In this document: one piece after another, positions 35,849 to 48,300 of the stretch
How positions within the stretch are numbered: position 1 is the stretch's first letter
Layout: every line of letters starts with the position of its first letter
Notes under the pieces: generated by a model
Told to the model about the DNA's origin: nothing
The model's input: the letters and a program-made list of their open reading frames with translations, nothing else
The model's database searches: none
Origin: Malacoraja senta
Taxonomy: Eukaryota
Assembly: GCA_038087875.1 (NCBI GenBank)
Contig: JAXLNO010000446.1
Coordinates: 744,001 to 808,000 of the forward strand
DNA: 64,000 nucleotides
Direction: 5' to 3'
Made by a program: the position numbers and the translations under genes

Positions 35849-37284
35849 CTTGGAAAGCTAGTATTGTGCAGTTTTACATGGTTAGATGCCGCTAAGTAAA
35901 TGTCTTAACCATTTGTGTGTTGTACAAACAAGTGTAAATATTACCAACTTGTAAGTGGTCCACTTACCCCATGCTGCGGAAGTGCCAGACCCACCTACCT
36001 GCCTGGTTACCTTGGTTGTAGAGTAGGACTGGTACGGTGCGTGGAACCTGTGCCCAGCTTTCACACTGCCATCAGCGTCAGTGAACCGCTTACTGCCGAT
36101 GGAGGCGTGGGGTGTGATGTCGCCGAACCGATGAAGCTTTGCTCGTCGTTGGTACCTTGATTGGTCCGACAGCTTTTGCTTCCTCATCCAGGTTTTGCCT
36201 GTTGAATAGGTCTTACCTGAATAGAAGATTCGGCGGCTGGCTCTAATGTCCCCCTGATAGCACTGTTCACTGCCGGCACTTGTAGTGTGAGAGGAACTCT
36301 GGCCCCTTCCGGGTATTCTGCCAACGGCTGGTAACCAACTCTTCTGGCAGCAACACCTTCGTTTGCGAGGATTCCCTTGAAGCCATATGCATGTGCTCCA
36401 TTATGTTCCGCGGACATACTTTAGAATTTGAAGTCAGTTACATACTGACCATTCGCACTCCCCTCCACAGAGAGGGCGATTCGTAGGCAGCCCTGAACCA
36501 GGTGCTGGCTCAGGCCCCTGAGGATACCTGTGCTGATATGGCCCCTCCAACGGCCCTATACCAGGTTGGAACCTCACATTTGTGGGATAAACTCCCGAGT
36601 ATTGACTCTGCGTCAGAATAATACTGGCGCATGCTCTCCTCCAAGAGGGAGACATTAAGCAGCCCTGAAACAGGTGCCGCTGGCGCGGGCTCTCGAAGAG
36701 GCCGGTGCTGACACTACTCCTCCTGTTGGAGTGTATCTTGGTGGAGCACCTCTCCATTAGGAGCTCCATCCTGGACAACCGTCCAAATATGTTATCCATT
36801 ACCGGAGGGGAACCCTCCAGGCTCGACTCGTCCGAGTCCATAGGCCTGACCGACATTGTTGGTTTTACCCCATGTCCTGGGGACCACAGCGGTCTGGGAG
36901 CCGCTGACCGACACAGTTAGCGACTCTGGTGGTGATACCGCCTTCCTCCTGGATTTACCCCTCCACGGGAACCACAGCGGCCTGGAAGCCGCTGACCGCA
37001 TTGTCAGCGACTGGGATTACGAACCCGACGGCCGCCGGCTACCCACGCTTCCGCGGTCCGGACCGGAGTGTCCCCACAGCTCATAGCCGGTTTCCCGCGG
37101 CCCGTCCGGACTTCGCGACAATATCCAGCAGGAAACCTCTGTAAGAAGAGGTTCCTGCAAGAAAAAACAGAACCTGGTAAGAAATACAAAACTTACCTGT
37201 AGGTTTAAACTTACCGCTGGCAAACTTTACGTGACTCCGAAGTAAAATCATGTATTGTTAGCAGAAATGAAATTTGTTAAATTT

Positions 37285-37550
37285 TTTAGTTCAGAGATAC
37301 AGCACGGAAACAGGCCCTTCAGCCCACCGAGTCCGCACCGACCAGCGATCCCCGCACACTAACACTATCCTACACCCACTAGGGACAATTTACAGTTATA
37401 CCAAGGCAATTAACCTACAAACCAGCACGAAATCCCACGCAGGTCACGGGTGGAACGTACAAACTCCGTACAGACAGCACCCGTAGTCGGGATCAAACCC
37501 GGGTCCCGGGCGCTGTGAGGCAGCAACTCTACCACTGAGCCATCGTGCCT
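37285..37550 (-). mobile_element. HE1-like V-SINE
   Basis: Reverse SINE tail, core and tRNA head. Confidence 0.85.
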
Positions 37551-38004
37551 CTTAATGAGAGGACTGGTCGTTATTGAAGGGCACACAAGCAGCTGCAGAT
37601 GCTGGAATCTGGAGCAAAAAGCAAAGGCCTGGAGTATCTCAGCTGGTCAGGCGGCATCTGTGTAGGGAATGGACAGACCATGTTCCAGGTCAGAACTTTT
37701 CTTCAGACGACTATTATATATGGAGAGGTATGGATCACATGCAGGCAGAGGGGATTAGTTTAACTTGGCCTCATGTTCGGCATGGACATTGTGGGCTGAA
37801 GGGCCATTTTCTGTGCTGTACTTCTCTATGTTACATTTACTTTAAGATTCTTCAGCGAAGCTTCTTTGGAGCTCCCCCCCCCACCCGCCCCCTCCAGCTC
37901 CATCAGTCTGAGGAAGGGTTCCAACGCCAATCCTCATCTGTCCATTCCCTCCGCAGATGCTGCCAGACTTGATGAGTTCCTCCAGAACTTTATGATACAA
38001 ACTA

Positions 38005-38562
38005 AAGGGCCTGTCCCACTGCGGCGACCTAATTTGCGAGGTTAGACAAGTTTGCCCTCGACTCAAACTCGCAGCATGGTCAGCACGTTGTCCTAGGAGG
38101 TCACTGGAACTTTCCTTCATGCTCGAGAGAAGTTCCCGAATACTCGCGGCCTCGGTTTGGTCGATGAAAATTTTTCAGCATGCTGAAACATTTTCGGCGA
38201 GTTTAACTTGGTCGGCATGGTTCTTTTTAACTCGTAGTGCAGTGCAGTGGGGTCGCTATTTAGTTGCAGGCAGTCGAGGGTAGCCGTAGGCAATCTCCTT
38301 CGCTGACCGCGCATTTTAATTGGAGTTAAACGTTGTCTGGCTTCTTAAAAGTTTTTCCACTTCTTCTCCCCCCCCCTCTCTTCCCCTCTCTCCACCTCTC
38401 TCCCCCTCTCCCCCCCCCCCCCCCGCACTCCCTAAAGGACTTACCGTAACTGTGCCAGCCGTCTTTTACCTTCCTTGTCATCGCGGGTGTGAATTCAGAC
38501 AGTGCTCCCCCGCTTTCCCTGGCCCCCGCCTTTGGTGGGTGTGTGGGTGTGTGTGGATGTGT

Positions 38563-38593
<31 letters not shown>

Positions 38594-38701
38594 GTCAGTC
38601 AGTCAGTCAGTCAATCTGGCTCGAGGTTTTCCAGGCGAGTGCCCTCAAGCTTGAAGGTCGAAGACAGTCGCTGAAAAGTCGCCTTAAGTGGACAGGCCCT
38701 T
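38005..38701. mobile_element. Non-autonomous DNA transposon (MITE), PIF/Harbinger-like
   Basis: TIRs aagggcctgtcccact / agtgg-acaggccctt with subterminal ggcgac/gtcgcc, flanked by TA (or TAA/TTA); no ORF; internal C-tract and (TG)n. Confidence 0.8.
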
Positions 38702-39095
38702 TAGAATCACTCACAAATCATTAAATTCTTATACTAGGTCTCCAGAATTTGATTTGTTGAATCAGTTTGGCCCGGGTTCGATACTGACCTGGGTGCTGTC
38801 TGTACGGAGTTTGCAGTTTCATTGTGACCATGTGGGTTTTCTCCGGGTGCCTACGGTTTCCTCTCACACTCCAAAGATGTGCAATTTTGTAGGTTAATTG
38901 GCCCTCTGTAATTGTCCCTAGTGTGGATATGTTTAAAGCAGAGATAGATAGATTCTTGATTAGTACGGGTGTCAGGGGGTATGGGTAGAAGGCAGGAGAA
39001 TGGGGTTGAGAGGGCCAAGATTGAATGGCGGAGTAGACGTGATGGGCCAAATGGCCCAATTCTGCTCCAATAGGTATGAAATGTAGGGAGTGGAT

Positions 39096-39276
39096 CTTCT
39101 TCTTGTCGAGTCCCACACACACAAGATTAGAAGTTGTTCAGCCAGAGTTGAACACACTTGTCGGCATCTGCACACAATGGTGTCTGCCTTGTCGCTTCTT
39201 GCGCTTCTTGTGCGTGGTGGTGGAAAGATTGGTGGAAACAGGGCCGCGATCGACGTGAACGCTCTTTCCTTGACCC
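39096..39276 (-). mobile_element. 181-nt ribozyme-headed, Vingi-tailed short element
   Basis: 12-bp TSD tagggagtggat (39084-39095) / tagggaatggat (39277-39288). The 3' part reads ADADKCVQLWLNNF*, resembling a Vingi C-terminus, then cgacaagaagaag. Confidence 0.8.
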
Positions 39277-39277
39277 T
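39222..39277 (-). ncRNA. Minimal HDV/CPEB3-like ribozyme, probably damaged (3-4 extra nt at P3)
   Basis: (A)GGGUC-AA-GGAAAGA-GCG-UUCACGU-CG[AUCG]C-GGCCCU-G-U(UUCC)A-CCAA-UCUUUCC. Confidence 0.75.
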
Positions 39278-39794
39278 AGGGAATGGATGAGAAACTGGGA
39301 TAAGATAGAGCATGTGAAGGGGTGATTGATGGTCGACTTGGACTCGATGGGCCGAAGGGGCTGCATCCTTCCATGAATGAAATAATTCTAAAGCTGAAAT
39401 GATTATACAGGAGAAGCGCACTTGACTGCCTCTGAGATGGTTGTTAAGTTATCAGCTGGTAATGACATACAACCGCATTAAGTGTTCCTTTGGTAATATT
39501 GCTTTTGGTAACTCTGGGGGGTTAGACAGGGAGCTTTGTAGAAATTAAATTTATTTTTTAAATGCAAGTTCACCCTCGCTGCTCAGCTATAATTAACAGG
39601 CAAATTCAATTTCTTTGGACACTTGAGTATTCGGATATGTATTTGCATTTTATGGTAAAAGGGTATTGATTTAAAAATCCTGAACTTAGTGAAACTGGAT
39701 ATTAATTTTCATTGAGAGGGTGATGTGTCCTAGTTTTCATTCCGCTGTTTATGGTGGTGTGCTGATTCACTAGTTTGTCAAACGCTTCAGTAGT

Positions 39795-39955
39795 TTGGTT
39801 TAGAGATACAGTGCAGAAATAGGTCATTCGGCCCACCGAGCCTGCACACTAACACTATCCTACACACCTAGGGACAGTTTTGACATTCATACCAAGCCAA
39901 TTAACCTACAAACCTGCATGTCTTTGGAGTGTGGGAGGAAACCGAAGATCATGGA
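39795..39955 (-). mobile_element. HE1-like V-SINE 3' part
   Basis: ttagagatacag...ccaattaacctacaaacctgcatgtctttggagtgtgggaggaaacc. Confidence 0.8.
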
Positions 39956-40740
39956 GGAAAAAAAAAGTGTTGCCCTTTGGAACTATACTGGTTATTGTTC
40001 AGAAGTTGCCAAGGAGCCATTCATGCATGCATGGATGCAGGCCCTTCGGCCCAACTATTTAGGTAATGTCTCACCATCATCTGGCAGTTAGGGGCGGACA
40101 ATACGCTATCAGCAATAGACATTTGGGCCCTGTATCTGAGGAAGGATGTGGCTGGCTCTGGAGAGGGTCCAGAGGAGGTTTATGAGAATGATCCCAGGAA
40201 TGAGTGGGTTAGCATATGATGAGCATTTGTCGGCACTGGGCCTGTACTCGCTGGAGTTTAGAAGGATGAGGGGTCACCTCATTGAAACTTACCGAATAGT
40301 GAAAGGCTTGGATAGAGTGGATGTGGAGAGGATGTTTCCACTAGTGGGAGAGTCTAGGACCAGAGGTCACAGCCTCAGAATTAAAGGACCTTCTTTTAGG
40401 AAGGAGATGAGAAGGAATTTTTTCAGTCACAGGGCGGTGAATCTGTGGAATTCTTTGCCACAGACGGGTGGGAGGCCAAGTCAGTGGGTATTTATAAGGC
40501 GGTGATTGACAGATTCTTGATTAGTACGGGTGTCAGGGGTTATGAGGGGAAGATAGATCAGCCATGATTGAATGATGGAGCAGAAGATGGGCCGAATGGC
40601 CTAATTATACTGCTAGATTTTATGAACTTGTGATGTCATGGCCACCACGGCGCATGGATACAGAGGGCGGCTGCAGAAGGCGATTGGCAGACGGTGAGTT
40701 TATGGTGCCCACGGGTGGTGGTGTTGGTGGAGGTGACGAA

Positions 40741-41372
40741 GCACCTTGCGAACCTTCAACCTACTCCAGTCGAGCAGCTCCCTATACTTGCACGCATTCT
40801 GCCTGCAGGCATCCGAAGGCAAGCAGCAACTCTCATCATGCCATAGACCCAGATCACCTCCTCCATCAGGCTATCAGCAGAGAGCAGAGGCCACCCCGAC
40901 TGAAGTACCGTCACCCCTTTGCTCCACATGGAAAACAACTCCTAGCATCCATCCAGCCAACTGGGACAAAAGCACACTGGATAGCCAGCCAAGTGGTCAC
41001 AGGAGTGGAAGGCAACCTCATCTCCATTACACAGCTACATCTCTTCATCAGATAAAAGCTGTCCAGGGTCTGACCTCCCCAGAGGAGCATGGGTGAAGCT
41101 CAACAGACTTGGTACTGGAGTTGGGCGTTTCAATGCCAGCGTGTGGAGATAGATGGGGCTCCCTCCGCCAGAGCCCAGCCTGTGAATGCGGAGCAGAACA
41201 GCAGACAGCCAACCATGTCATCTCTGGGTGCCCGCTCTACCACCCATCAAATGGAGCTGTGTCCGGGCCTGGCAGACATTGACGCCAACAGAGACAACAA
41301 CCTGGCTGCTCAACACCCGGCTTGAGATCTAACTATTCCTGTGGTTTATGTTTCATTCGCAAGAAGAAGAAG
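40741..41372 (+). mobile_element. Vingi/Ingi-clade LINE 3' part (decayed)
   Basis: Across frames: PTPVEQLPILA, DPDHLLHQ, RLKYRHPF, WVKLNRLGTGVGRF, CECGAEQQTANHVISGCP; (aag)n tail; TSD aggtgacgaa/aggtgatgga. Confidence 0.85.
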
Positions 41373-41389
41373 AGGTGATGGATGGTGGT

Positions 41390-43445
41390 GTTTGGCGGTG
41401 CACGCGGGTGGTGGCGTTTGCGGTGGGGACGGGCGGTGGCGTTTGCGGTGGGGACGGGCGGTGGCGTTTGCGGTGATCACGGGTGGTGGCGTTTGCGGTG
41501 GGGACGGGCGGTGGCGTTTGCGGTGGGGACGGGCGGTGGCGTTTGCGGTGGGGACAGGTGGTGGCGTTTGCGGTGGGGATGGGCGGTGGCGGTTGCGGTG
41601 GGGACGGGTTGTGGCATTTGCGGTGGGGACGGGTGGTGGCGGTTGCGGTGGGGATGGGTGGTGGCGTTTGCGGTGGGGACGGTCGTGGCATTTGCGGTGG
41701 TGATGGCGGCGGGGCCGGGCGGTGGCGTTGCGGTGGGGACGGGCGGTGGCGTTTGCGGTGGGGACGGGCGGTGGCGTTTGCGGTGTGGACGGGCGGCGGC
41801 GTTTGCGGTGGGGACGGGCGGTGGCGTTTGCGGTGGGGACGGGTGGGTGGCGTTTGCGGTGGGGACGGGCGGTGGCGTTTGCGGTGGGGACGGGCGGTGG
41901 CGGTTTGCGGTGGGGACAGGCAGTGGCGTTGCGGGGGTGATGGCGGCGGGCCGGGCGGTGGCGTTTGCGGTGGTGATGGCGGCGGGCCGGGCGGTGGCGT
42001 TTGCGGTGGGGACGGGTGGTGGCATTTGCGGTGGGGACGGGTGGTGGCGGGTGCGGTGGGGACGGGTGGTGGCGGTTGCGGTGGGACGGGTGGTGGCGGT
42101 TGCGGTGGGGACGGGTGGTGGCATTTGCGGTGGGGACGGGTGGTGGCGTTTGCGGTGGGGACGGGTGGTGGCGTTTGCGGGGGTGATGGCGCGGGCCGGG
42201 GCGGGGCGTTTGAGGTGGTGATGGCGGCGGGCCGGGCGGTGGTGTTTGCGGTGGGGACGGGCGGTGGCGTTTGCGGTGGTGATGGCGGCGGGCCGGGCGG
42301 TGGCGTTTGCGGTGGGGACAGGCGGTGGCGTTTGCGGTGGGGACGGGCGGTGGCGTTTGCGGTGGGGACGGGCGGTGGCGTTTGCGGTGGGGACGGGCGG
42401 TGGCGTTGCGGTGGGGACGGGCGGTGGCGTTGCGGTGGGGACGGGTGGTGGCGTTTGCGGAGGTGATGGCGGCGGGCCGGGCGGTGGCGTTTGCGGTGGG
42501 GACGGGCGGTGGCGTTTGCGGTGGTGATGGCGGCGGGCCGGGCGGTGGCGTTGCGGTGGGGACGGGCGGTGGCGTTGCGGTGGGGACGGGCGGTGGCGTT
42601 TGCGGTGGGGACAGGCGGTGGCGTTTGCGGTGGGACGGGCGGTGGCGTTGCGGTGGGGACGGGCGGTGGCGTTTGCGGTGGGGACAGACGGTGGCGTTTG
42701 CGGTGGGGACTGGCGGTGGCGTTTGCGGTGTGGCCGGGCGGTGGCGTTTGCGGTGGTGATGGCGGCGGGCCGGGCGGTGGCGTTTGCGGTGGGGACGGGC
42801 GGTGGCGTTTGCGGTGGGGACGGGTGGTGGCGTTTGCGGTGGGGACGGGTGGTGGCGTTTGCGGGGTGATGGCGGCGGGCCGGGCGGTGGCGTTTGCGGT
42901 GGGGACGGGCGGTGGCGTTTGCGGTGGTGATGGCGGCGGGCCGGGCGGTGGCGTTTGCGGTGGGGATGGGTGGTGGCGTTTGCGGTGGGGACGGCGGTGG
43001 CGTTTGCGGTGGTGATGGCGGCGGGCCGGGCGGTGGCGTTTGCGGTGGGGATGGGCGGTGCGTTTGCGGTGGGGACAGGTGGTGGCGTTTGCGTGGGGAC
43101 GGGTGGTGGCGTTTGCGGTGGGGACGGGCGGTGGCGTTTGCGGTGGTGATGGCGGCGGGCCGGGCGGTGGCGTTTGCGGTGGGGATGGGTGGTGGCGTTT
43201 GCGGTGGGGACGGGCGGTGGCGTTTGCGGTGGTGATGGCGGCGGGCCGGGCGGTGGCGTTTGCGGTGGGGATGGGCGGTGGCGTTTGCGGTGGGGACAGG
43301 TGGTGGCGTTTGCGGTGGGGACGGGTGGTGGCGTTTGCGGTGGGGACGGGCGGTGGCGTTTGCGGTGGTGATGGCGGCGGGCCGGGCGGTGGCGTTTGCG
43401 GTGGGGATGGCGGCGGGCCGGGCGGTGGCGTTTGCGGTGGTCATT
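41390..43445. repeat. G-rich minisatellite of interspersed 25-nt and 36-nt units
   Basis: ggtggcgtttgcggtggggacgggc and ggtggcgtttgcggtggtgatggcggcgggccgggc. Confidence 0.97.
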
Positions 43446-43711
43446 AGCAGTGGTGCTGGTGGCCGTGGGAGGCCCTACAGCAAGCAGGCGGGTGAGTGAG
43501 TGACGGGGCGCCAGTGGACGGAGCCGGGGGCATAACGCTGGGCCACGCCCACCCCTAGCAAATAACATGAGGAAATAAAACACTGCACGTCTCCTTGGGC
43601 CAAGATGGGACTTTTCAGAGAGTTGGATGTTGCAAGATGGCGCAGGAACGTGGCGACTCTCTGCCTGCTGTTCCTGAAGAGGATCTATTGTGCTCATGTA
43701 CGGTGGGATAT

Positions 43712-43875
43712 GTGGGAAGGAACTGCAGATGCTGGTTTACACCGAAGATAGACACAAAATGCTGGAGTAATTCAGGCAACGGTCTGAAGAGTCTCGACCC
43801 GAAACGTCACCCATTCCTTCTCTCCAGAGATGCTGCCTGTCCCACTGAGTTACTCCAGCATTTTGTGTCCATCTG
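43712..43875. mobile_element. Inverted PLE termini with shortened hammerhead motif (43781-43811)
   Basis: gacacaaaatgctggagtaa / ttactccagcattttgtgtc arms; ggtctgaagagtctcgacccgaaacgtcacc. Confidence 0.75.
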
Positions 43876-44522
43876 CAGTGGGATTTGACTGGCTAACACA
43901 CAGAACAAGCTTCTCACTGTATCGGTACACTTGACAATAAATAAAGCAATAACTTCTTTTAATGTCTTTTTTCTTTTCTCTTATTTCCATCCAAGTTATT
44001 AGACTCCCAAGTCTAAATCACCCAAGAACGTATAAGATCAGACAGTGATTAAGAATTAATTACTTTGAGAAAAATTACATATCTAAGTGTTTAAGAAAGG
44101 TAATCTAAGGTTTTATTAAAAGAGCTAAAAATGAGTTTAATCGTAAAGTAAGCGTCTCTGATTAAGATGTCTGATCTCTCACCTTTGGACAACGTGACGA
44201 AATACCAAAAATATTACTTTCAATTTATTTTTAAATTTGTGTGGAACAGCTTCTCAGTAAGTTAAAAAAATAAGACTTAAAAAAGGTGACTGTTCTCTCG
44301 CACATAAACTAAAGGCAGGTTAATTTCCACAAACACCTGAGATCACAGGGGCAGGTAAAACTGAGCACAGTGTTACAGGCATAAAGATATAGAGTCAGCA
44401 TTATGAAGACACTTGGACAAGTGCGTGGACAGGAAAAGTTCAGAGGGATATGAGCCAAATGCAGAAAAATGGGACGTGGTATCTCATCGGCATTGACGAG
44501 TTGGATCGAACCTGGCCCTATA

Positions 44523-45375
44523 TTCAGATTCAGATTCAGATTCAGATTCAACTTTATTGTCATTGTGCAGTGTACAGTACAGAGACAACGAAATGCAGTT
44601 AGCATCTCCCTAGAAGAGCGACATAAATATGAGCAGTAAATAAATAAATCTAATAAATCCTGGTGGGAGGAGTGTCCGGGGGGGGGGGGTGTGATTGGCA
44701 GTCACCGAGGTACAGTGTTGAGTAGTGTAACCGCCGCAGGGAAGAAGCTGTTCCTGGACCTGCTGGTCCGGCAACGGAGAGACCTGTAGCGCCTCCCGGA
44801 TGGTAGGAGGGTAAACAGTCTGTGGTTGGGGTGAGAGCAGTCCTTGGCGATGCTGAGCGCCCTTCGCAGACAACGCTTGCTTTGGACAGACTCAATGGTG
44901 GGGAGTGAGGAACCGGTGATGCGTTGGGCAGTTTTCACCACCCTCTGCAGTGCTTTCCGGTCGGAGACAGAGCAGTTGCCATACCATACTGTGATGCAGT
45001 TGGTAAGGATGCTCTCGATGGTGCAGCGGTAGAAGTTCACCAGAATCCGAGGAGACAGATGGACCTTCTTTAGTCTCCTCAGGAAGAAGAGACGCTGGTG
45101 AGCCTTCTTGACCAGAGTTGAGGTATTGTTGGTCCAAGAGAGGTCATCGGAGATGTTGACCCCCAGGAACCTGAAGCTGGAAACACGTTCCACCTCCCTC
45201 CCGTTAATGTGGATGGGGGTGTGCATGCCGCCCCTAGACTTCCTGAAGTCTACAATGAGCTCCTTGGTCTTCTTGGAGTTAAGGGCCAGGTTGTTGTCAG
45301 CGCACCATGCTGCTAGGAGCTGGACCTCCTCCCTATAGGCCGACTCATCGTTGTTGCTGATGAGGCCAATCACCG
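44523..45375 (-). mobile_element. Rex1/Babar LINE 3' 850 bp with open RT C-terminal frame
   Basis: ORF 44702..45373 NNLALNSKKTKELIVDFRK, FLGVNI, KKAHQRLFFLRRL, LPSGRRYRS; (tctgaa)n tail. Confidence 0.92.
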
Positions 45376-45399
45376 TGTGTCTCAGGTGTCAGAGGAGCT

Positions 45400-45990
45400 G
45401 TGGTTATACCAGCTTCAACTACCTCCTCTGGCAGCTCGTTCCATACACCCACCAACCTCTCTGTAGAAAAAGTTACCCTTTGGGTTCCTTTTAAATCGAC
45501 AATAGACAATAGGTGCAGGAGTAGGCCATTCGGCCCTATGAGCCAGCACCGCCATTCAATGTGATCATGGCTGATCATCCCCAATCAGTACCCCATTCCT
45601 GCCTTCTCCCCATATCCCCTGACTCCGCTATTTTTAAGAGCCCTATCTAGCTCTCTCTTGAAAGCATCCAGAGAACCTGCCTCCACTGCCCTCTGAGGCA
45701 GAGAATTTTTTCCCTCTCATCTTAAACTTGTGTCCTCTGGTTCTCGATTCCACTACTCTAGATAAAAGACTCTGTGCATTCACCCTATTTATTCCATCAT
45801 CATTTTATACACCTCTATAAGATCACCCCTCATTCTCCTGTGCTCCATGGAATAAAGACCCAGCTTGCTCAACCTCTCCCTACAGCTCAACCTCTTTACT
45901 CCTGGCAATATCCTCGTAAAACGTCTCTGCATTTGGGTTAGGAAAGATGTTGTTAACCTTTCCAGCTTAACAACATCCTTCCTGTAGCCT
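45400..45990 (-). mobile_element. Old CR1 fragment with a nested CR1 3' end (45497-45705)
   Basis: ORFs 45345..45584 and 45789..46040 (LGLYSMEHRRMRGDL). Confidence 0.75.
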
Positions 45991-47117
45991 CCAGATTCAG
46001 GGACAGTTTCTTCCCAGCTGTTATCAGGCAACTGAACCATCCTACCACAACCAGAGAGCGGTCCTGAACTACTATCTACCTCATTGGAGAATATCTTTGA
46101 TCAGACTTTTCTGGCTTTATTGCACTAAACGTTTTTCACTTTGTCATGTATACTGTAAATGGCTCGATTGTAATCATGCATTGGATAGCACGCAACAAGA
46201 GCTTTTCACTGTACCTCGGTTCACGTGACCAGAAACTAAACTCAATGGCAGGGTGACCAAAACTGAACACCACGCTTCTAGTGTGAGCTCACCAGCGTCT
46301 TGTACAACTCACTTGAATGATGTAAAGAGGAGGTTCGTGTTGGCAGGGGGTCTAGGCGATCAGGGTAACGCAGTGCGGTATGTACAGGCAAGGATTAGCA
46401 GACAAGTCCATTATAATATCAAAAACCAAGTTAAAAGCGAAATCTTCTCCATAGAATAAATCGACAAGTACAAAATCAGTAGAAACCAATATTGAACTAA
46501 ATGAATAAAAGTGTCTAAGTCACAGTCTATTTTCTTCTAACCAACGTGCACGCATTACCTTAATCATACCTTTCATCTCTGCTTCATGTCTCTGCTTGCT
46601 TGACATTTCTTTGATCCTCAATACATTTAGCTTGTTCCTATCACACTTCTTTTTGAACATGTCACTTCAAATGGTCTGTCCTGTTAGCTTGTTCATTGAT
46701 GGCGGTGATACTAGTTTTCCTCTCCCCCCTTCCTCTTGCCCCAGCCCAAGTCGTCGGAACAGTTCGACTAGTCACATTCCTGCATCCCTGTCATTATCAC
46801 ACCTTCCCCAGCCAACAATGGGCCATTGTGGGCTCCACCCTTCCTGAGGTCATCTGATTTGATCCAGCCTTTTCTTGTCTCCAATTTACCCCTCCCCCCC
46901 AACCCCCCTCCCGCCCCATCTCAATCTTTCTATCTGAAAAAGGTTTCCAACCCGAAAGGTGAACTATTCCTTTTCTCAGGAGATGCTGCCTGACCCGCTG
47001 AGTTACTCCAGCATTTTGCGTCTGTCTTCAGTGAATGTGGGACTTTTCCCACAACTGTTCCTGTCGACTTTCAATTGCACTAAATGGATAATAGACATTA
47101 TTTGGATTTACAGTAAG

Positions 47118-47605
47118 CTCCATCCAAGAACACAGGAAATTGCAGCGAATTGTGGACGCAGCCCAGACCATCACACAAACCAACCTCCCTTCCATTGACT
47201 CCATTAACACCTCACGCTGCCTCGGCAAGGCCAGCAGCATAATCAAGGACCAGTCGCACCCTGGACACTCCCTCTTCTCCCCTCTCCCATCAGGCAAGAG
47301 GTACAGAAGTGTGAAAACGCACACCTCCAGAATCAGGGACAGTTTCTTCCCAACTGTTATCAGGCAACTGAACCATCCTACCTCCAACTAGAGAGCGGTC
47401 CTCATTGACCTCATTGGAGACCCTTGGACTATCTTTAATTACACTTTATTGCACTTTACCTTGCATTAAACATTATTCCCTTATCATGAATCTGTACAGT
47501 GAACGGCTCGATTGTAATCATGTATTGTCTTTCTGCTGACTGGTTAGCACGCAACAAAAGCTTTTCGCTGTACCTCGGTACACGTGAGAATAATATGCTA
47601 AACTA
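47118..47605 (+). mobile_element. Rex1/Babar 3' end
   Basis: ORF 47140..47391 LPSIDSINTSRCLGKASSIIKDQSHPGHSLFSPLPSGKRYRS. Confidence 0.85.
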
Positions 47606-47819
47606 CATTGAAGATATACGACAGTTACACACAGAAGCCACTCCTCAACCTCTAGCCTCAACGGACGACTTGCTTATCTGCAAGTCATTCCTGCTACAGT
47701 GTGCCCTGTCTAGACTCCAAGCTGAAGTCAAGACGTTAACACCCATCAGCTATAACTATCTACTAGTCCCCTCACTTTCGGGAGATTATACTTCATCAAC
47801 CTATCATTCAAATACAAAG

Positions 47820-48300
47820 CCCAAGTCCGCAACAAATTCCAGAGAGTTGTGGATGTAGCCCAGTCCATCACACAGACCACACTCCCCACCATTGTAGATG
47901 TAGCCCAGTCCGTCACACAGACCACACTCCCCACCATTGACTCCATCTACATTTCACGCTGCCTTGGGAAAGCAGCCGACATCATCAAAGACTTGTCCCA
48001 CCCCGGTCATTCCTTCTTCTCCCCGCTCCCGTCCGGCAGAAGGTACAGAAGCTTGAAAGCGCGCACCACCAGACTCAGGAACAGCTTCTTCCCCTCTGTT
48101 ATCAGGCTTCTGAACGGTCCTTCCGTAAGCTAGGGTACTGTACGATTCACCTCTACCCCATTGCGGACATTGGACTTTGTCTCTGGAACTGATGCGCTAC
48201 AATGCTGAGAACTATATTCTGCACTCTGTATCTTCCCCTTTGCTCTACCTATTGGACTGGAGTTTGGCTTGATTGTACCTATGTAGAGCATTATCTGATC
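47820..48300 (+). mobile_element. Rex1/Babar 3' end with two tandem 45-bp units
   Basis: ORF 47849..48133. Confidence 0.85.

Larger units (their letters stand above)
32563..37247 (-). mobile_element. DIRS1-type retrotransposon, copy 2 (decayed)
   Basis: Right end 32563-32670 and ICR about 32788-32898 mirror copy 1. YR FKSHSTRAA near 33170-33210; MTase, RNase H and RT remnants at 34170-35600. Left end ttttacttcggagtcacgt at 37229-37247. Confidence 0.92.
40113..43690 (+). mobile_element. Composite repeat copy B: CR1 3' end (40121-40628) + GC module expanded into a minisatellite; boundaries tentative
   Basis: ORF 40146..40505 is CR1-type; junction shared with copy A; short inverted ends caataga/tctattg. 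Confidence 0.45.

Noticed and set aside
41341..43697. Long Pro/His/Arg- or Gly-rich ORFs (783 aa, 655 aa and others)
   Set aside because: They result from a stop-poor minisatellite that is open in many frames on both strands; no domain signal.
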